62,259 nucleotides of DNA from a virus (Duplodnaviria; Caudoviricetes), in IMG/VR virus record IMGVR_UViG_3300013132_000055, positions 1 to 62,259 of that record; one strand, given 5' to 3'. The notes beneath the pieces were generated by a model that saw only the letters and a program-made list of their open reading frames with translations, did not search any database and was not told where the DNA came from. How positions within the stretch are numbered: the first letter of the stretch is position 1; each line of letters begins with the position of its first letter. Shown one piece after another: positions 59,049 through 62,259 of this stretch. Both the position numbers and the translations under genes were made by a program.

Positions 59049-59092
59049 TCGTGATGATGGAAACCCCGATACATAAGGAGAAGGAGTCCTAA

Positions 59093-59719
59093 ATGTCACA
59101 GTTCAGCATCGATGCGTTCCGTGCGAACCTCATCAACGGTCTTGCGAGGAACAACCTGTTCCTCGTCCAAGGCAACTTCCCAGGCGGCGGAACCAACGCC
59201 ATTCAAGGTGCGGCTGCGGTTGCAGGTGCCCTCTTCGGAGGATCCGTGGCGGGTGCAATCACGAATGTCGCTGCCGCCGTGGGCGGCGGAAACCCGAGTT
59301 CGCAGATTTCGTTCCTTTGCAAGTCCTCAAGGATCCCGTCCTCGACCATTGCAACGAACCAAGCGTTCTACATGGGTCGCCCGTTCAAGTATCCAGGTGA
59401 CAAGATGTTCAACGATTGGGGCATGAGCGTCTACAACGACGGCACCTACGGTCTCCGCAAGTCCTTTGAGGCTTGGATGAACCTGATGAACACCAACAGG
59501 ACCAATGTCGGTCCCAACGGTGTCAGCGGGTACATGACCGATTGGACCGTCACGCCCCTCACCCGTGAAGGCAATCCCATCGCCCGATACAAGTTGATCG
59601 GTTGTTGGCCCACCACAATTGCCGAGACCACTCTCGACATGGGTGCGCAGTCCGAACCATCGACTTTCGATGTGACGATTGCGTATCAGTACTTTGAAGT
59701 CGAAGGCGTGACCACCTGA
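59093..59719 (+). CDS. gp19: Tail tube protein
   Basis: GLAR.NLF.V, FLCK...IP, GR..K..GD..F..W...YND, FE.W, WPT; follows gp18. Confidence 0.92.
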   Translation: MSQFSIDAFRANLINGLARNNLFLVQGNFPGGGTNAIQGAAAVAGALFGGSVAGAITNVAAAVGGGNPSSQISFLCKSSRIPSSTIATNQAFYMGRPFKYPGDKMFNDWGMSVYNDGTYGLRKSFEAWMNLMNTNRTNVGPNGVSGYMTDWTVTPLTREGNPIARYKLIGCWPTTIAETTLDMGAQSEPSTFDVTIAYQYFEVEGVTT

Positions 59720-59747
59720 CATCAGGTAGACGAGGGAACTATACATC

Positions 59748-61250
59748 ATGGCACTCTTTGGCTTTGACTTAGGTCGCAGCAAGAAACAGAAAAAGCAGGA
59801 CAAGGCTCTGAAGTCGTTTGTCGTTCCGACATTCGATGACGGAGCCATTCCTGTTGAAGCGGGCGGCTTCTACGGTCAGTACATCGACCTCGACGGCACC
59901 GTCCGCAACGACTTTGAACTCACGATGAAGTACCGTGAGATGGCACAGGATCCGATTGTCGAGGTGGCGGTCGATGACATCGTCAACGAATCGATCATCA
60001 TGGGCGAGAAGAAGTCCCCCGTGAAGATCCTTCTCGACAGGCTTGAGGAGAGCGATGGTGTCAAGCAGAAGATCCATGAGGAGTTCAGGAACCTCCTGAG
60101 GGTCATGCAGTTTGAGACCAAGGGAGCGGAGATCTTCCGTCGATGGTATGTCGATGGAAAGATCTTCTTCCACCTCATCATCGATGAGGAGAACCCGCAG
60201 AAGGGCATCCTTGAACTCCGCTATGTGGATCCGATGAACATCCAGAAGATCCGTGAGTACACCAAGGAGACCCTGAAGAACGGCACCAAGATCATCACGG
60301 GATACAAGGACTTCTACCTGTACAACAAGGACAATCCCCGTGCGGGTGGTAATGCTGCGGGTATCAAGATCAGCGAGGATGCGATTGCATTCTGCTCATC
60401 GGGTCTGATGGACAGCCGCTACAAGCGAACGGTCGGCTTCCTGCACAAGGCGATCAAGCCGCTCAATCAACTCCGCATGTTGGAAGATGCCATCGTCATC
60501 TACCGCATCAGCCGTGCGCCTGAACGCCGCATCTTCTACATCGATGTCGGAAACCTCCCCAAGACCAAGGCGGAGCAGTATGTCAAGGACCTGATGAACC
60601 GCTACCGCAACCGCCTCGTCTACGATGCGAACACGGGCGAGGTCAGGGATGACAAGAAGTTCATGTCCATGCTTGAGGACTACTGGCTCCCACGCCGTGA
60701 AGGTAGCCGTGGTACCGAGATCACCACCCTACAGGGCGGTCAGAACCTCGGCGAACTCACCGATGTCATCTACTTTCAGAAGAAGGTCTACAGGGCACTT
60801 TCGGTGCCCTCAAGCCGTCTTGAGCAGGACAAGCAGTTCATGCTCGGTCGAAGCACCGAGATCACCCGTGACGAGGTCAGGTTCACGAAGTTCGTCCACA
60901 GGCTCCGCACCAAGTTCAGCGAACTGTTCTTCGACATCCTGCGGAAGCAACTGATCCTCAAGAAGGTCATCACCGCCGACGAATGGCCTGAGATGAAGGA
61001 ATCGATCTACTTCGACTTCCTCAAGGACAACCTGTTCACCGAACTCAAGAACGCCGAACTGCGGAGGCAGCAGGTCGAGGAGTTGGGGAACATAAAACCA
61101 TACATAGGTAAGTACTACAGCCATGAGTGGGTGCGCAGGAATGTCCTCGGCTTCTCTGAAGCGGACATGAAGACGATGGATCGTGAGATTGAGAAGGAAC
61201 GGAACGCAGGAAAGATCGAACCCGACAACTCGCAGTTCGGTCTTGCCTAA
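59748..61250 (+). CDS. gp20: Portal protein
   Basis: FRRWYVDG, LHKAIK..NQLRM.EDA..IYR..RAPERRIFYIDVGNLP, EDYWLPRREG. Confidence 0.97.
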   Translation: MALFGFDLGRSKKQKKQDKALKSFVVPTFDDGAIPVEAGGFYGQYIDLDGTVRNDFELTMKYREMAQDPIVEVAVDDIVNESIIMGEKKSPVKILLDRLEESDGVKQKIHEEFRNLLRVMQFETKGAEIFRRWYVDGKIFFHLIIDEENPQKGILELRYVDPMNIQKIREYTKETLKNGTKIITGYKDFYLYNKDNPRAGGNAAGIKISEDAIAFCSSGLMDSRYKRTVGFLHKAIKPLNQLRMLEDAIVIYRISRAPERRIFYIDVGNLPKTKAEQYVKDLMNRYRNRLVYDANTGEVRDDKKFMSMLEDYWLPRREGSRGTEITTLQGGQNLGELTDVIYFQKKVYRALSVPSSRLEQDKQFMLGRSTEITRDEVRFTKFVHRLRTKFSELFFDILRKQLILKKVITADEWPEMKESIYFDFLKDNLFTELKNAELRRQQVEELGNIKPYIGKYYSHEWVRRNVLGFSEADMKTMDREIEKERNAGKIEPDNSQFGLA

Positions 61251-61258
61251 GGGAGAAG

Positions 61259-61987
61259 ATGGAAAAGAGCCGCATCAGGAACGCCATCGACAGCCTCGTT
61301 GGGAAGGATGCCTCGGGATTCAGGGGCTCCGTCCGCACCGAGTTGCTTTCCCGTGTCCACGGCATCTTCGACTCGCTCAAGGGGCAACTCTCTCGGGACA
61401 TCATCTCGGAGAACCTACCTGGCGCACCTTCCGCACCCCCCGTCACGAAGCCCATCAAGGCGGGAGACCTCAAGATCGTCCCCACCGCCGCAGGTGCCGC
61501 CAAGGATGACATGTCGCTCGACCCGAACTTTGAGAAGGAGTTCTACCAATCCTCCTCGGACTACAAGGGTCAGAAGATCACCGTCAAGCAACTAGGCACG
61601 GGTTTCGGCAAGCCCGTCAGGATCTACATCAACGACCGCAGGTGGGAGTTCTTCCCAGGTCCGAAGGTCGGCATCAAGGCTGCGAAGGACTACATCGACG
61701 GCATGGTGAAGGATGTCAAGAAGGATCCGCAACTCGCCGCAGCGATGACTGCGCAGATCGCCAAGGACAAGGCTGCGGGTGTCTCGACCGTCGCAGCCCC
61801 CGTCGATGCGGGCAAGCCGAACGAGGTCGCCGATGCGAACCTCAAGCAGAAGGAACTTGAGACGGGTCAACCCGCAGGTGGCAAGAAGCCTCCGCAGAAG
61901 GCACCCGTCCCACCGAAGCCGAAGGCGGCTTCCAAGCCACCTGCTCCACCCAAGCCAAAGCCAAGCAAAGAGGTCAAGCCAAAATGA
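61259..61987 (+). CDS. Prohead core-like protein (gp67/gp68 position) with Pro/Lys-rich tail
   Basis: Directly after portal; helical N-terminus ending IISE; low-complexity C-terminus. Confidence 0.55.
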   Translation: MEKSRIRNAIDSLVGKDASGFRGSVRTELLSRVHGIFDSLKGQLSRDIISENLPGAPSAPPVTKPIKAGDLKIVPTAAGAAKDDMSLDPNFEKEFYQSSSDYKGQKITVKQLGTGFGKPVRIYINDRRWEFFPGPKVGIKAAKDYIDGMVKDVKKDPQLAAAMTAQIAKDKAAGVSTVAAPVDAGKPNEVADANLKQKELETGQPAGGKKPPQKAPVPPKPKAASKPPAPPKPKPSKEVKPK

Positions 61988-62259
61988 GTAGCAAGAATCA
62001 AATCAACGACATCCAAGAAAGTAGTTTTCGTATCCTTATCAAGTCCAGAGAGGGTAACGAAGTGGAGCACATCTTTCGACTCTCGTCTAAAAAAGAGGCT
62101 CAAGACTATGTAAATATGGAAAAGAAGGCTTGGTCAAAGGAGATTGCTTCTGAAGGAAAGAAACGACAAGATGTCGTTTCGTGGAAAATTGTAGATTCTC
62201 TAGAGAGCCCAACCCACTCCTTTAGTAAGGGAAAGTTGATTCCTAACGCTTATTACAAA
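61984..62259 (+). CDS. Partial CDS running off the window, AT-rich
   Basis: ATGA overlap with the upstream stop; open frame MSSKNQINDIQESSFRILIKSREG... to the end. Confidence 0.65.
   Translation, partial: MSSKNQINDIQESSFRILIKSREGNEVEHIFRLSSKKEAQDYVNMEKKAWSKEIASEGKKRQDVVSWKIVDSLESPTHSFSKGKLIPNAYYK

Noticed and set aside
43415-59099. Long antisense ORFs (e.g. 43415-45199, 47355-48665, 48703-50514, 57147-59099; also 3723-4901 and 39684-40907)
   Set aside because: Shadows of real genes caused by C/G-ending codon bias; V/D/E/R-rich translations with no motifs or RBS
3756-61250. Introns, inteins or homing endonucleases in nrdJ, uvsW, gp46, gp17 or gp20
   Set aside because: All are contiguous and of ordinary length, with no splice or LAGLIDADG/HNH motifs seen
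1-62259. tRNA genes, diversity-generating retroelement, stop-codon reassignment
   Set aside because: No cloverleaf with T-loop consensus in the few gaps; no reverse transcriptase or TR/VR pair; genes are intact in the standard code and use all three stops

Overview
A 62-kb segment of a GC-rich (roughly 60% by eye) T4-like myophage genome. Left part: fibre/collagen-type virion genes, a Cys-rich protein and a class II (B12-dependent) ribonucleotide reductase. Next comes a recombination, replication and late-transcription block (gp46, gp47, gp55, UvsW, UvsY, RuvC-like nuclease, exonuclease, gp33, gp32). The rest is the morphogenesis block: tape measure, gp51/gp26, gp54-like, gp2, gp4, gp48, gp53, hub, gp5, PAAR, holin-like, gp25, gp6, gp7, gp8, VrlC-like protein, two collar-domain fibres flanking a GT2-TPR glycosyltransferase, and gp13-gp20. 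Gene calls come from motif recognition and synteny, not database searches. Best leads: (1) a possible virion O-glycosylation system (glycosyltransferase plus a G-x-T-[G/A] motif dispersed over external virion proteins); (2) a T-TTT-TTC -1 frameshift fusing gp26 to gp51 just upstream of the tape measure gene; (3) a two-module structured RNA element after gp32; (4) a CTAAATA late-promoter family; (5) an ATA-initiated, hairpin-occluded gp4; (6) strong avoidance of several palindromes; (7) Cys-rich and Gly/Ala-rich insertions in virion proteins. I saw no tRNA, CRISPR array, integrase, intron or intein.
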